From Candidatus Krumholzibacteriia bacterium (GTDB taxonomy: Bacteria > Krumholzibacteriota > Krumholzibacteriia > WVZY01), in the NCBI GenBank assembly GCA_046754105.1, contig JBHHVD010000035.1, forward strand, positions 1 to 29,968: DNA of 29,968 nt, written 5' to 3'. The notes below the pieces were generated by a model that was given only the letters and a program-made list of their open reading frames with translations, was not told where the DNA came from and made no database searches. The translations under genes and the position numbers were made by a program. Below are positions 8,795 through 18,976 of the stretch, piece after piece (position 1 is the first letter of the stretch; each line of letters opens with the position of its first letter).

Positions 8795-11026
8795 ATGAAC
8801 GTGACGTCTCAAACCCCCGGCGTTGAACCCAGAACGTTTGCCAAGGTGGCACTGCCGCTGCCGGTGGCAACCTGCTTTACCTACCAGGTACCGAAAGAAT
8901 TACAGGAGAAGATTCTACTCGGCGGCCGCGTGGAGGTGCCGTTCGGCAAGCGAATCCTCAGCGGCGTTGTCGTGGAATTCGCAGAACGGAGCGGGTTAGA
9001 GAGAATCAGGCCGATCCGCCGCCTCTACGATACGTATCTCCCGGGGCCGCTCCTCGAGCTCACCCGCTGGATCGCGTCGTACTACGGTTGCTCGGTCGGC
9101 GAGGCCGCGCAGGCGGTACTGCCCCCCGTTTTGAGAAAATCGCAGAGGAAAGGGCGGATGCGCGGTGTGGTCTGTCTGCCCGCGGAGGGAGATGCAGGCG
9201 CGTACGCGAAGACACTGAGTCGAGCGCCCCGGCAACTGGCCCTGGTCGAGCTTCTCCAACAATCGGGCGGACGGGCCGCGCTCGAGACGGTTGTCGGAGG
9301 TTGGGGATTCAAGCCGTTGCAGGTGCGGCAGCTGCAGGACAAGGGCATTATCGAGATCGATAGCGGCGAGGGCGAGTCACCGCTGGCGTCGATCGACGAA
9401 CTCGTGGTCAACCTGAATCCCGACCAGGAACGTGCCCTGGAACGAATAAATGCCTGCCTGTCGGAGAGTCGGTTCTCACCGTTGCTCCTGCACGGTGTGA
9501 CCGGCAGTGGCAAGACCGAGCTGTACCTGCGCGCGGCCCGGCGCACGTTGTCGACCGGAGGTGGTTGCATCGTCCTCGTGCCCGAAATCGGCCTGATCCC
9601 CCAGGCCACGGAGCGATACCGGAGGGTTTTTGGCGACCAGATTGCCATCCTGCACAGTCGGATGACGGGACCGGAGCGGTTTTCCGTTTGGCAGCGAATC
9701 GAAAGCGGGGAGTGTCGCATCGTTCTCGGCCCGAGATCCGCGGTTTTCAGTCCGGTACGGAGCCTGAGGCTGATCATCGTGGATGAAGAGCAGGACGATT
9801 CCTACAAGCAGGAAGACAAGCCCCGGTATCACGCCCGCAACGTTGCGCTGATGCGGGGCAAGTTCGAGGGCCTCACGGTGGTGATGGGTTCGGCCACGCC
9901 TTCGGTGGAGTCCTTCCACCGGGCCAGGAAAGGACGGTATCAATACCTCTCGCTGCCCGTCCGCGTCGGCGGAGCCGCGTTGCCGGAGATACACTTCGTG
10001 GATATGCGGGAGGCTCCCGTCGAAGGCGAGTTCTTTTCATCCTATCTACTCGAACGGCTGGACAGCGCCATCAAACAAGGGCACCAGAGCATACTGTTCC
10101 TCAACAAGCGCGGGCACGCGAGGTTCGTCCAGTGCAGCGCCTGCGGTTGGGTAGCCCGCTGCCGGAGCTGCGATATCTCGCTAACCTATCACCGGGTGCC
10201 CAGGGGGCTGAAGTGCCATTTCTGCGGCTATTATAGAGGGGCGATCACGCGTTGTGACGAGTGCGGAGGCGCCAGGCTTCGCTTCGCGGGTGCGGGAACA
10301 CAGCGGATCGAGCTGGACCTGGCGGCCTTTTTTCCCGGAGTGGGTGTTTTGCGCATGGATGCGGATACGACGTCGGGAAAGGAAGGGCATCGCCGCGTAC
10401 TGGAGGAGTTCAGTACCGGCAAGTATCCGGTTCTGATCGGCACCCAGATGGTGACCAAGGGGCACCATTTCCCGAGCGTGAACCTCGTCGGGGTGCTTTT
10501 CGCGGAGGAAAGCCTGAACTACCCGGATTTTCGCGCGGCGGAGAGGACGTTCCGGCAGTTGACACAGGTTGCCGGACGGGCGGGCAGAAGCCGTGAGGGC
10601 GGAGAGGTCGTTATCCAAACCTACGTTCCGGATCACCAGGTGTTCGAACACCTTCGGTCCCATGATTACGATGGGTTCATGATGGAGGAAATAGGCGTGC
10701 GCGCGCAGCTCAAGTACCCTCCGTTCTCGAGAATCATTCTTGCCTCGTGCAGTGCGCCCGACCAGGCGGTTCTTGGACGCATCGTCACGATGTGGGCCGA
10801 CGTTATTCGAAGGCGCTTGTCGGGCAAGGCGGACGTCCTAGGTCCAGTGCCGCCGCTTGTCGCAAAGGTAAAGAACCGTTTTCGCGAGCAGTTACTGATC
10901 CGGGGGCGGTTGACCGATTCACAAAAGGCGGTTCTGCTCGAGGACTTCTCGCGGATCAGCGAACGGGAACGCGGCGGGCGCACCGTGCAGTTGCGATGGG
11001 ACGTGGACCCGGAGACGTTTTACTAG
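8795..11026 (+). CDS. priA: Primosomal protein N' (replication-restart helicase)
   Basis: LLHGVTGSGKTELY, VPEI, GPRSA, VDEEQD.SYKQ, GSATPS, four CxxC pairs, GTQMVTKG, QVAGRAGR, YPPF, DVDP. Start moved from 8750 to the in-frame ATG 8795 downstream of the promoter. Confidence 0.96.
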   Translation: MNVTSQTPGVEPRTFAKVALPLPVATCFTYQVPKELQEKILLGGRVEVPFGKRILSGVVVEFAERSGLERIRPIRRLYDTYLPGPLLELTRWIASYYGCSVGEAAQAVLPPVLRKSQRKGRMRGVVCLPAEGDAGAYAKTLSRAPRQLALVELLQQSGGRAALETVVGGWGFKPLQVRQLQDKGIIEIDSGEGESPLASIDELVVNLNPDQERALERINACLSESRFSPLLLHGVTGSGKTELYLRAARRTLSTGGGCIVLVPEIGLIPQATERYRRVFGDQIAILHSRMTGPERFSVWQRIESGECRIVLGPRSAVFSPVRSLRLIIVDEEQDDSYKQEDKPRYHARNVALMRGKFEGLTVVMGSATPSVESFHRARKGRYQYLSLPVRVGGAALPEIHFVDMREAPVEGEFFSSYLLERLDSAIKQGHQSILFLNKRGHARFVQCSACGWVARCRSCDISLTYHRVPRGLKCHFCGYYRGAITRCDECGGARLRFAGAGTQRIELDLAAFFPGVGVLRMDADTTSGKEGHRRVLEEFSTGKYPVLIGTQMVTKGHHFPSVNLVGVLFAEESLNYPDFRAAERTFRQLTQVAGRAGRSREGGEVVIQTYVPDHQVFEHLRSHDYDGFMMEEIGVRAQLKYPPFSRIILASCSAPDQAVLGRIVTMWADVIRRRLSGKADVLGPVPPLVAKVKNRFREQLLIRGRLTDSQKAVLLEDFSRISERERGGRTVQLRWDVDPETFY

Positions 11027-11149
11027 AATTGCAACTACCTTATTTACAACGGATTACTGAGGTTCAACCGGTTGATATCCGCCGCGACGCACCCCGGGGG
11101 CGCCGGCGCCGGAAAGCGGGGGGATATCCCCCGCGTGGACGGAAATCCG

Positions 11150-11212
11150 TTGACAAGCGGGAGCGGCATTCCTAAAATACCTTGACACCGCTCCCGAGAG
11201 GGGCTATATACT
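11150..11212 (+). promoter_or_regulatory. Tandem sigma70 promoters upstream of the TPR lipoprotein gene
   Basis: P1: TTGACA (11150-55)-17-TAAAAT (11173-78). P2: TTGACA (11182-87)-17-TATATA (11205-10), or -19-TATACT. Confidence 0.7.
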
Positions 11213-11467
11213 TGTCAGGTACATCCCCAAGAGATGGAATTTCAGTTTGCCGGAGCGGTAATGCGCCGATTCCAAGAACGGCACCTTCCCCAGGTTGAGA
11301 TTAATTCAGACGCTCTTTAATGGATTCTCGGGAACGTAAGGCAGAACGCGTGTTTGCGCGCCCCGCGGTCGGCGCTTCGAGGGGCTGGCGGGTTTGCGGC
11401 CGTTGGTGATAAACTCTTCACGCCGCAAGATTCAGCGTGCGATTATGACAAGCGGGAGGATCGACGA

Positions 11468-12541
11468 ATGAAGGCATTGAAACTGGGGTTGTTTGCGTAC
11501 GCGGTGATGCTCGTGTTCTTCGCCGGGTGCAAGTCGAAGGAGACGACGAGTGCGATTATCCACAACTCGGTCGGCCGGTTCGACCTTGCCATTCAAACCG
11601 CGACGGAAGCACTGGCCAAGAACCCGCAGGATGCAGAAGCCCATTTTCAACTCGGGATATCTTACAGCAACCTGGACAGCACCGGGCTGGCGTATCAGCA
11701 CTTCATGAAAGCCGCCGAGTTGGACCCCAACCAGATCCGCAAGAAAAACGTAGAGAACAACATTCAGAGTAATTTCGCCAAGCATTACAACCGCGCGCTG
11801 AAAGTGACGAGCGATGACAAGGCGGCGGCGGTCCTCGAGTTCATTAAGGCGACGAAAGCGGACCCGCGGCAGTCAAAGGGATTCTTTCAACTGGCGAGAG
11901 TCTACGCCCGGCTGGGCGACGACGATCCAGACTACTACGACAAGGCGATCGACAGTTTCGACCGGGTGCTCGAATTGGCAACACCCGCGGAAAAACATTA
12001 TATCGACGCGTTGAGCCTGGCCGGCGAAGTGCTGGCCAAAGCGGGAAGGCCGGAAGAGGCGGTATCACGCTTCGCCCGGCTCGTCGAAGAAGACCCTTCC
12101 AGTTACCGTGTGATCGAGAAGCTGGGCTACGACCGTCTCGAGAGAAAGGACTGGAAAGGTGCTGCCGTTTTTCTCGACCTCTCGGCCCAGGCGCGCTCGA
12201 GAATCGGCGCGGAGGATTTCAATCTTTATTACAACATCGGCGTAGCCAATTTCCAGTTGGGCAAGGATGTGGCGGATTTTCTACCCAAAGCGGTGGAGTA
12301 TTACCAGTTGGCGCTAAACCTGCAGCCGAACGAGCCCACGACGACGTACAATATCATGGCGACCTACGTCGTGGGTGAGAACTGGCGGGAGGCGGTGACG
12401 TGGGGCGAGCGCTACGTGGATCTCAAGCCCGAGGATCCCAACGGCTGGAAGCTCCTCTCGCGTAGCTACACGGAGTTGGGCGACCAGGACAAAGGGCGCC
12501 AGTGCATGGCCCGCTACGAGCAACTCCAGCAGGGCAACTAA
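11468..12541 (+). CDS. Tetratricopeptide-repeat lipoprotein
   Basis: GGAGG before ATG 11468. Signal peptide MKALKLGLFAYAVMLVFFAG|C with lipobox. Repeated TPR-like helices (AEAHFQLGISY, LYYNIGVANF, ending NP/DP/QP). Confidence 0.85.
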   Translation: MKALKLGLFAYAVMLVFFAGCKSKETTSAIIHNSVGRFDLAIQTATEALAKNPQDAEAHFQLGISYSNLDSTGLAYQHFMKAAELDPNQIRKKNVENNIQSNFAKHYNRALKVTSDDKAAAVLEFIKATKADPRQSKGFFQLARVYARLGDDDPDYYDKAIDSFDRVLELATPAEKHYIDALSLAGEVLAKAGRPEEAVSRFARLVEEDPSSYRVIEKLGYDRLERKDWKGAAVFLDLSAQARSRIGAEDFNLYYNIGVANFQLGKDVADFLPKAVEYYQLALNLQPNEPTTTYNIMATYVVGENWREAVTWGERYVDLKPEDPNGWKLLSRSYTELGDQDKGRQCMARYEQLQQGN

Positions 12542-12666
12542 ACGAGGAGTGTGGGGCGGCGGTCACCCGGCAGACTACCCATCGACGATTACCGGTTCCG
12601 GGCGGTTTTCTGGAATAAAAATTGCAGCGTGTCTGGGACGTCATCCCAGGTGAATCTTCTTAGACA

Positions 12667-12851
12667 GTAAGAGCTCGAACGACCCGTACGATCGGGTTGG
12701 CTCCGACAGACCGGGCTTTTGCGATCTTCTGAACCAGGCCCTCTAGCTTCTCAATCTGGCAGGAAAGAAAGCCACAGGGCATAAGACAAGCAAATTCAGG
12801 GCGTAACTTGCCCCGTAGATCGAACGTACCGGCACCGGCACGGGCTCTTAC
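12667..12851 (+). ncRNA. Candidate ~185-nt rod-like structured RNA (6S-like or rho leader)
   Basis: Terminal 11-bp helix GTAAGAGCTCG/CGGGCTCTTAC plus nested helices GGGC/GCCC, TTGCG/CGTAA, TTCTGAA/TTCAGGG and GCCCT/AGGGC. G-U pairs mostly favour the + strand. Confidence 0.45.
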
Positions 12852-12863
12852 AAACAACAAATC

Positions 12864-14159
12864 ATGACACCCCAGACCAGGAGGACTCCCATTACTACCA
12901 AGAGCGAAAGCATGGACATCGCGGTTTTGAAGGGGAAGAACATTCCCGAGCTTCTCGACGTCGCGAACACGCTGCAGATCGAGGGCGGCAGCAGCATGCG
13001 AAAGCAGGAGCTCATCTTCAAAATCCTCGAGGCGCAGACCCAGCAGAACGGCCTGATATTCGCGGAAGGCGTGCTGCAGGTGCTGCCGGAGGGATACGGC
13101 TTTCTCAGATCGCCCGACTATAATTACCTGCCGGGACCGGACGACATTTACGTGTCACCCTCCCAGATCAAGAAGTTCGACCTCCGAACGGGAGATACCA
13201 TCTCCGGGCAAATCCGCTCGCCGAAGGATTCGGAACGGTACTTCGCGCTGCTTCGGGTCGAAGCGGTCAATTTCGAGCATCCCGACGTGGCCAAGAGCAA
13301 ACCGTTCTTCGACAACCTTACGCCGCTCTATCCGGAAGAAGTGCTCGATCTCGAGCACGACCCCGTCGATCTTTCCACTCGCCTGATCAATCTCCTCGTT
13401 CCGATCGGCAAGGGGCAGCGCGCGTTGATCGTTGCCCCGCCGCGAACGGGCAAGACGATTCTCCTGCAAAAGATCGCGAACGCGATCACCGCGAATCAGA
13501 AAGAAGTCTACCTGATCGTGCTGTTGATCGACGAAAGGCCGGAAGAAGTGACCGACATGGAACGGTCGGTCAGGGGAGAGGTCATAAGCTCGACCTTCGA
13601 CGAACCCGCGGAGCGGCACGTGCAGGTCTCCGATATGGTAATCGAGAAAGCGAAGCGTCTCGTGGAACACGGCAAGGACGTCGTTATCCTGCTGGACAGC
13701 ATCACGCGCCTGGCGCGGGCGCACAACTCGGTGGTTCCGCATAGCGGCAAGATCCTCTCCGGCGGTGTCGATTCCAACGCCCTGCAGAAACCGAAGCGAT
13801 TCTTCGGGGCGGCCCGTAACATCGAGGGCAACGGCAGCCTCAGCATCATTGCCACGGCGCTGATCGAGACCGGCAGCCGTATGGACGAGGTCATCTTCGA
13901 GGAGTTCAAGGGTACGGGTAACATGGAGCTGGTCCTCGACCGGCGTTTGGCCGACAAGCGTGCGTACCCGGCCGTCGATATCTTCAAGTCCGGAACGCGC
14001 AAGGAGGAGCTCCTCCTCGACAAGAAGGACCTGGACAAGATCTGGATCCTGAGGAAGTTCCTGAACGAGAAAGCTCTGCCGGAGGCGATGGATTTCCTCC
14101 TCGAAAAACTACGCAAGACGAAGTCGAACTCGCTCTTCCTCAAGTCGATGAACACCTGA
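12864..14159 (+). CDS. rho: Transcription termination factor Rho
   Basis: [72 protein letters not shown]. Start uncertain (12864, 12891 or 12912). Confidence 0.98.
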   Translation: MTPQTRRTPITTKSESMDIAVLKGKNIPELLDVANTLQIEGGSSMRKQELIFKILEAQTQQNGLIFAEGVLQVLPEGYGFLRSPDYNYLPGPDDIYVSPSQIKKFDLRTGDTISGQIRSPKDSERYFALLRVEAVNFEHPDVAKSKPFFDNLTPLYPEEVLDLEHDPVDLSTRLINLLVPIGKGQRALIVAPPRTGKTILLQKIANAITANQKEVYLIVLLIDERPEEVTDMERSVRGEVISSTFDEPAERHVQVSDMVIEKAKRLVEHGKDVVILLDSITRLARAHNSVVPHSGKILSGGVDSNALQKPKRFFGAARNIEGNGSLSIIATALIETGSRMDEVIFEEFKGTGNMELVLDRRLADKRAYPAVDIFKSGTRKEELLLDKKDLDKIWILRKFLNEKALPEAMDFLLEKLRKTKSNSLFLKSMNT

Positions 14160-14188
14160 TCCGGCGCGCGGGCTCCCTGGATTCGGGC

Positions 14189-14217
14189 TTGCCCCGGCCG
14201 GGATCACGACGTATACT
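14189..14217 (+). promoter_or_regulatory. sigma70 promoter of the rpmE operon
   Basis: TTGCCC (14189-94)-17-TATACT (14212-17). Confidence 0.6.
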
Positions 14218-14278
14218 TCCGGGAGAAAAACGGTGGTGGCGGGTGCGCCTGCTGCCGTGCCCAAGGACGGAGAGACCA

Positions 14279-14488
14279 ATGAAGGAAAAGATACATCCCA
14301 AGTACGAGGCCACCAAGATCACCTGTCTTTGCGGGAATGTCATCGAGACGCGATCGACCATGAAAGACATTCACGTCGAGATCTGCTCGGCATGCCACCC
14401 GTTCTTTACCGGGAAGCAAAAGCTGGTGGATTCAACGGGGCGGGTGGAGCGCTTCCGTAAGAAATACAACTATAAAGACTCCAATTAG
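14279..14488 (+). CDS. rpmE: 50S ribosomal protein L31 (Zn-binding C+ type)
   Basis: MKEKIHPKY...CLCGN...[28 protein letters not shown] upstream of ATG 14279. Confidence 0.97.
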   Translation: MKEKIHPKYEATKITCLCGNVIETRSTMKDIHVEICSACHPFFTGKQKLVDSTGRVERFRKKYNYKDSN

Positions 14489-14533
14489 AGCCTTCCCGCA
14501 GGGACCGCTGTCGCCCGCGGTACCGCCTATTCT

Positions 14534-15442
14534 ATGTCCGATATTCGATCCAGCATCGGGGGCCAGGCCGTAATCGAGGGCGTGATGATGCGCTCGCCCA
14601 CGCATTACGCGACTGCAGTGAGGACGCCCCAGGGGCGGATCGTTATCCAGAAGATACCCTTCCGAAGCATTATCCGGCGCCTGCGCTTTCTGAACATCCC
14701 CGTGATCCGGGGCGCGATCACGCTGATAGAAACCATGTACATCGGCGTACAATCGCTGACGTACTCGGCGACCCAGGCCTCCGAAGAGGATCACACCCAA
14801 AAGCAAAAGGGGAAGTTCGGGACCTGGCTGGCCCTGACCGGGTCGGTAGTGGTGGCGCTCGGACTTGGGTTCGCGCTGTTTTTTTACGCTCCGCTCCTGC
14901 TGACCGATCTCCTCGGTGTTCAGAGCGGGGTCGTGTTCAACCTGATAGACGGACTTTTCCGGCTGGCGATTTTCCTGCTGTACATATTCGCGATTTCGAG
15001 ATGGAACGAGATGAATCGCATATTCCAGTATCACGGCGCGGAGCACATGACGATTTACGCGTTCGAGGCAGGGGGGGACTTATCGACGGAAACGGCGCGG
15101 TCGCAGCCGCGTCTTCATCCCCGCTGCGGAACGAGCTTTCTGATAGTCGTAATGATGGTGAGCATCGTCGTCTTCATTTTCATGGGAAAGCCCGAAACCG
15201 TTTCCGATCGGTTGCTTCGTTTCGCCATGATACCGCTGATCGCCGGTATCTCGTTCGAGTTTATTAAGCTGTCGGCGAAAGAGCGTTTCGGCAGGATGTT
15301 CAAGCCCGCCATCTGGCCCGGCCTGGCCCTGCAAAGAATCACGACCCAGCCCCCGAGCGACGATATGCTGGAAGTGGCGATCGCCGCCCTCGAGGCCTGT
15401 CTCGACCACCAGGCAGTGAAGCTGCAGATTCCCGCCAGCTAA
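14534..15442 (+). CDS. DUF1385/YqhQ-family membrane protein
   Basis: [37 protein letters not shown]; typical position between rpmE and prfA. Confidence 0.9.
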   Translation: MSDIRSSIGGQAVIEGVMMRSPTHYATAVRTPQGRIVIQKIPFRSIIRRLRFLNIPVIRGAITLIETMYIGVQSLTYSATQASEEDHTQKQKGKFGTWLALTGSVVVALGLGFALFFYAPLLLTDLLGVQSGVVFNLIDGLFRLAIFLLYIFAISRWNEMNRIFQYHGAEHMTIYAFEAGGDLSTETARSQPRLHPRCGTSFLIVVMMVSIVVFIFMGKPETVSDRLLRFAMIPLIAGISFEFIKLSAKERFGRMFKPAIWPGLALQRITTQPPSDDMLEVAIAALEACLDHQAVKLQIPAS

Positions 15443-15471
15443 CCCCAGGTGCACCGCGTCGAGGCCACGCC

Positions 15472-16533
15472 ATGCAAAAACAATTGGAACAAATTCTCGC
15501 GAAGTTCGAGCAGCTTACCCGGCAGTTGACGGACGAGTCCGTCCTCGGCAACCCGAAGAGTTACCAGGAAGTCGCCAAGGAGCGCGCCGACCTCGAGAAG
15601 ACGGCGACCGTCGCCCGCGAGCTTGCTCGAGCGTACAAGACGATCGAGGATGACCAGGCGGTCGTGGAGGCGAACGAGGATCCGGAGCTGGTAGAGCTGG
15701 CGCGCGCGGAGCTGGTGGAGCTCGAGCCGCGCCGCGACGAACTGGAGAAGGAATTCAAGGTACTGCTGGTACCAAAGGACCCCAGCGACAGCAAGAACAC
15801 GATCATCGAGGTTCGAGCGGGCACCGGCGGCGAGGAAGCCAACCTCTTCGTGGCGGATCTGTTTCGCATGTACACGCGTTTCGCAGAGACCCGGGGCTGG
15901 AAAATCGAGGTCCTGTCGAGCAATCCAACGGGCATCGGGGGGTTCAAGGAAGTGATCTTTCTCGTCCAGGGTAAGGACGCTTTCGGCACCCTGAAGTACG
16001 AGAGCGGCGTTCACCGCGTTCAGAGGGTGCCCGTAACGGAATCGAGCGGGCGCATCCACACGTCGGCCGTGTCCGTGGCGGTGCTCGCTGAGGCCGAGGA
16101 GGTCGACGTCGATATAAATACCAAGGACCTGAAGATCGACGTTTTCCGGTCCAGCGGTCCCGGTGGACAGAGTGTCAACACGACGGACAGCGCCGTTCGT
16201 ATCACCCACGTCCCCACCGGGCTCGTCGTGACGTGCCAGGACGAGAAATCTCAGCACAAGAACAAGGATAAGGCAATGAAGGTGCTGCGTGCCCGGATGT
16301 TGGAGCGGGCACAGAAGGAGCAAGACGATAAACTCTCACGGGAGCGCAAGACGCAGATCGGTTCCGGTGACCGCAGCGCGAAGATCCGCACGTACAATTT
16401 CCCTCAGCAACGGGTGACGGACCACCGTATCAACCTGACTTCTCATCGCTTGAACGAGATCCTCGACGGCGGGCTCGACCCGGTCGTATCCGCGCTGGCG
16501 CACGCCGACGTCCTGGAGAAGATAAATGAATGA
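15472..16533 (+). CDS. prfA: Peptide chain release factor 1
   Basis: [21 protein letters not shown] (RF1 PxT motif), [23 protein letters not shown]. Confidence 0.98.
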   Translation: MQKQLEQILAKFEQLTRQLTDESVLGNPKSYQEVAKERADLEKTATVARELARAYKTIEDDQAVVEANEDPELVELARAELVELEPRRDELEKEFKVLLVPKDPSDSKNTIIEVRAGTGGEEANLFVADLFRMYTRFAETRGWKIEVLSSNPTGIGGFKEVIFLVQGKDAFGTLKYESGVHRVQRVPVTESSGRIHTSAVSVAVLAEAEEVDVDINTKDLKIDVFRSSGPGGQSVNTTDSAVRITHVPTGLVVTCQDEKSQHKNKDKAMKVLRARMLERAQKEQDDKLSRERKTQIGSGDRSAKIRTYNFPQQRVTDHRINLTSHRLNEILDGGLDPVVSALAHADVLEKINE

Positions 16534-16548
16534 GCGGTTGAGACGCCT

Positions 16549-16634
16549 GCCCGACGCGGGTCCTGTCAGCGGGCATCTTTCACACAGGTGGGCCCCCGAG
16601 CCCGCCTGCAAGCATCCCGGGCTGTTCGCTGACA
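16549..16634. repeat. Divergent copy of the GC-rich palindromic intergenic repeat
   Basis: 16549-71 matches 21974-96 at 22/23 nt. 16618-34 is the exact reverse complement of 21989-22005. Has its own internal hairpin CAGGTGGGC/GCCCGCCTG. Confidence 0.75.
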
Positions 16635-16660
16635 CCTCGACTGGCCCGGTGGGCTGATAG

Positions 16661-17527
16661 GTGATGCGAACTCAACCACGCAGCATACGTGAGCTTCTCA
16701 GGTGCGGCGAGGCACACCTTGTGGACAACGGCGTGCCCAACGCGCGCAAGAACGCCGAGTGGATGCTTGCGCACGTTCTCGAACGACGGTCCACGGATCT
16801 CTACCTGAGCCCGGCGGAGACACCGCCGGCCGACAAGATCGGTCTGTTCGACGAGTTGATCAGACGCCGGGGCGAACGGGAGCCGCTCCAGTATCTCCTG
16901 GGATCGACGGAGTTCATGGGCCTGCCGTTTGTCGTGACTCCCGGAGTGTTCATTCCCCGACCGGACTCCGAGGCGCTGGTAGAAAAAGTGGAACAACAGA
17001 TCGGGCGGGACGGCCCGTGTGCGTTGCTCGATCTGTGTTGCGGCAGCGGAGTGATCGCCGTATCCCTGGTCAAACGTTTGCACGGGGCGACCGCCGTCGC
17101 GGTGGACGTCTCACCAGAAGCGATCACCGTTGCCGAGCGAAACGCGGCGCTAAACGAAGTGGCGAGCGAAGTACGGGTGATCCGCAGCGAGGCGATGGAG
17201 TATCTGGCGATGTCCGGGCGGCAGTTCGACCTCGTCGTGTGTAATCCGCCCTACGTGCCGCGACCCGATATCCCGGCGCTGCCGCCGGAAATACGGCGAC
17301 ACGAACCCGAATTGAGCCTCGCCGGCGGCGGCGACGGTCTGGATTTCTACCGCGCGGCCATGCCCCTTCTACACGGGGTGCTGCGGGAGGACGGCCTGGT
17401 GGCCTTCGAGATGGGGTCGGACCAGGGTGCGGCTGTCGCCGACCTGCTCCGCCGCGCGTCTTTCCGGAACATAGAACTCCATCCGGACTATGGGGGATCG
17501 GACCGCTTCGCAACCGCCAGGGCTTGA
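16661..17527 (+). CDS. prmC: Release-factor glutamine N5-methyltransferase
   Basis: RR..REPLQYLLG..EF, VFIPRPDSE, LDLCCGSG, NPPY, GGGDGLDFY; follows prfA. Confidence 0.95.
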   Translation: MMRTQPRSIRELLRCGEAHLVDNGVPNARKNAEWMLAHVLERRSTDLYLSPAETPPADKIGLFDELIRRRGEREPLQYLLGSTEFMGLPFVVTPGVFIPRPDSEALVEKVEQQIGRDGPCALLDLCCGSGVIAVSLVKRLHGATAVAVDVSPEAITVAERNAALNEVASEVRVIRSEAMEYLAMSGRQFDLVVCNPPYVPRPDIPALPPEIRRHEPELSLAGGGDGLDFYRAAMPLLHGVLREDGLVAFEMGSDQGAAVADLLRRASFRNIELHPDYGGSDRFATARA

Positions 17528-17664
17528 TGGGTCATCCGCACAGCCGGCGAAAAGGACGAGAAACTCGTGAAGCGGTGCACTAGAATACATGAAGAATTGT
17601 TACAATCACCGGGTGGCAACGGGTTCGCCGTGACGGTCATGGTCTCGTTTTTTGGGGCGGTCGA

Positions 17665-18918
17665 ATGGATAAGTTTGTAATCCAGAGTCCTTGTGTGCTG
17701 GAAGGGAAGGTCCGTATCAACGGGGCGAAGAACGCCGTGCTGCCGTTGATGGCGGCGTCGCTACTCGCGAGCGGCAAGAGTGTGATCGAAAACGTGCCCG
17801 ATCTCAGGGATGTTACGACCATGATCCGGCTGCTCGAAATACTCGGCGCCGGGGTCACGTTCGAGGGCGGGGTGCTGACCGTTGACACGCGGGGACTCCA
17901 GGGGTTCGAGGCGCCCTACGACCTCGTGCGCACGATGCGCGCGTCGATTTACGTGCTGGGACCACTGGTCAGCGCACACGGCCGGGCCAGGGTGAGTTTG
18001 CCCGGCGGGTGTGCCTGGGGACCTCGTCCGATCGATCTGCACTTGATGGCGCTGGAACGCCTCGGGGCGGAAATTGAGCTCGAGCACGGGTACATCGATG
18101 CGCGGTGCCGGCGGCTGAAGGGCGCGGAGGTCGTTTTCCCCATCTCCAGCGTCGGGGCCACCGCCCAGGCCCTGATGGCCGCGTGCCTCGCCGAGGGAAC
18201 GACAACGCTCAGGAACGTGGCCCTGGAGCCGGACATCACCGAGCTGGCCGTGGCCCTGGCCAGCGCGGGCGCGCGGATCGATGGCATAGGCTCGTCCACG
18301 ATGACGATCGAAGGCGTGGATTCCATCGAGCCGTTTCGGTACCGTGTGATTCCCGACCGCATAGAAGCGGGGACCTTTGCGGCGGCGGCCGTGGCCACCG
18401 GTGGCAACGTCACGCTGGAACGCTGCAACCCGTCCCATATGGGGGCCGTCATCGACGCGCTGAGAATGTGCGGCGGCACGCTCGAGGCGACGAAGGACAG
18501 CCTGTCCGTCCACGGCCCGGACCGTATAGAGGCCGCGCATCTCACTACCCGCGAGTACCCGGGCTTCCCGACCGACATGCAGGCGCAGATGATCGCGGTG
18601 CTGTGCCGGGCTCGGGGCACGGGCACGGTGCGGGACACCATTTACCCGGACCGTTTTACCCACGTGCCGGAACTCAGGCGTCTCGGCGCGACGATACGGA
18701 TAGACGGAAATCTGGCCGTTATTACCGGTGTGGACGCGCTCGAAGGCGCACCGGTGATGGCCACGGACATACGGGCCAGCTCGGCCTTGATCATCGCGGC
18801 GCTCATCGCCAAAGGCGAGACCGAGATATCGCGCGTGTACCATATCGACCGGGGCTACGAACGAATCGAAGAGAAACTCCGATCGCTCGGGGCGCGCATC
18901 GAACGGGTTTCGGGTTAG
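17665..18918 (+). CDS. murA: UDP-N-acetylglucosamine 1-carboxyvinyltransferase
   Basis: GAKNAVLP, MRASI, LPGGCAWGPRPIDLH (catalytic Cys present), PDRIEAGT, PGFPTDMQAQ, IDRGYE. Confidence 0.98.
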   Translation: MDKFVIQSPCVLEGKVRINGAKNAVLPLMAASLLASGKSVIENVPDLRDVTTMIRLLEILGAGVTFEGGVLTVDTRGLQGFEAPYDLVRTMRASIYVLGPLVSAHGRARVSLPGGCAWGPRPIDLHLMALERLGAEIELEHGYIDARCRRLKGAEVVFPISSVGATAQALMAACLAEGTTTLRNVALEPDITELAVALASAGARIDGIGSSTMTIEGVDSIEPFRYRVIPDRIEAGTFAAAAVATGGNVTLERCNPSHMGAVIDALRMCGGTLEATKDSLSVHGPDRIEAAHLTTREYPGFPTDMQAQMIAVLCRARGTGTVRDTIYPDRFTHVPELRRLGATIRIDGNLAVITGVDALEGAPVMATDIRASSALIIAALIAKGETEISRVYHIDRGYERIEEKLRSLGARIERVSG

Positions 18919-18976
18919 GGACGCCCGCCGCCCCGCTACACATCCACCCGTTCCTATCGCAAACAGAAGAGAGCAC

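Noticed and set aside
11116..11134. GCGGGGG/CCCCCGC hairpin as priA terminator
   Set aside because: No U-tract on either strand, so it cannot be called an intrinsic terminator.
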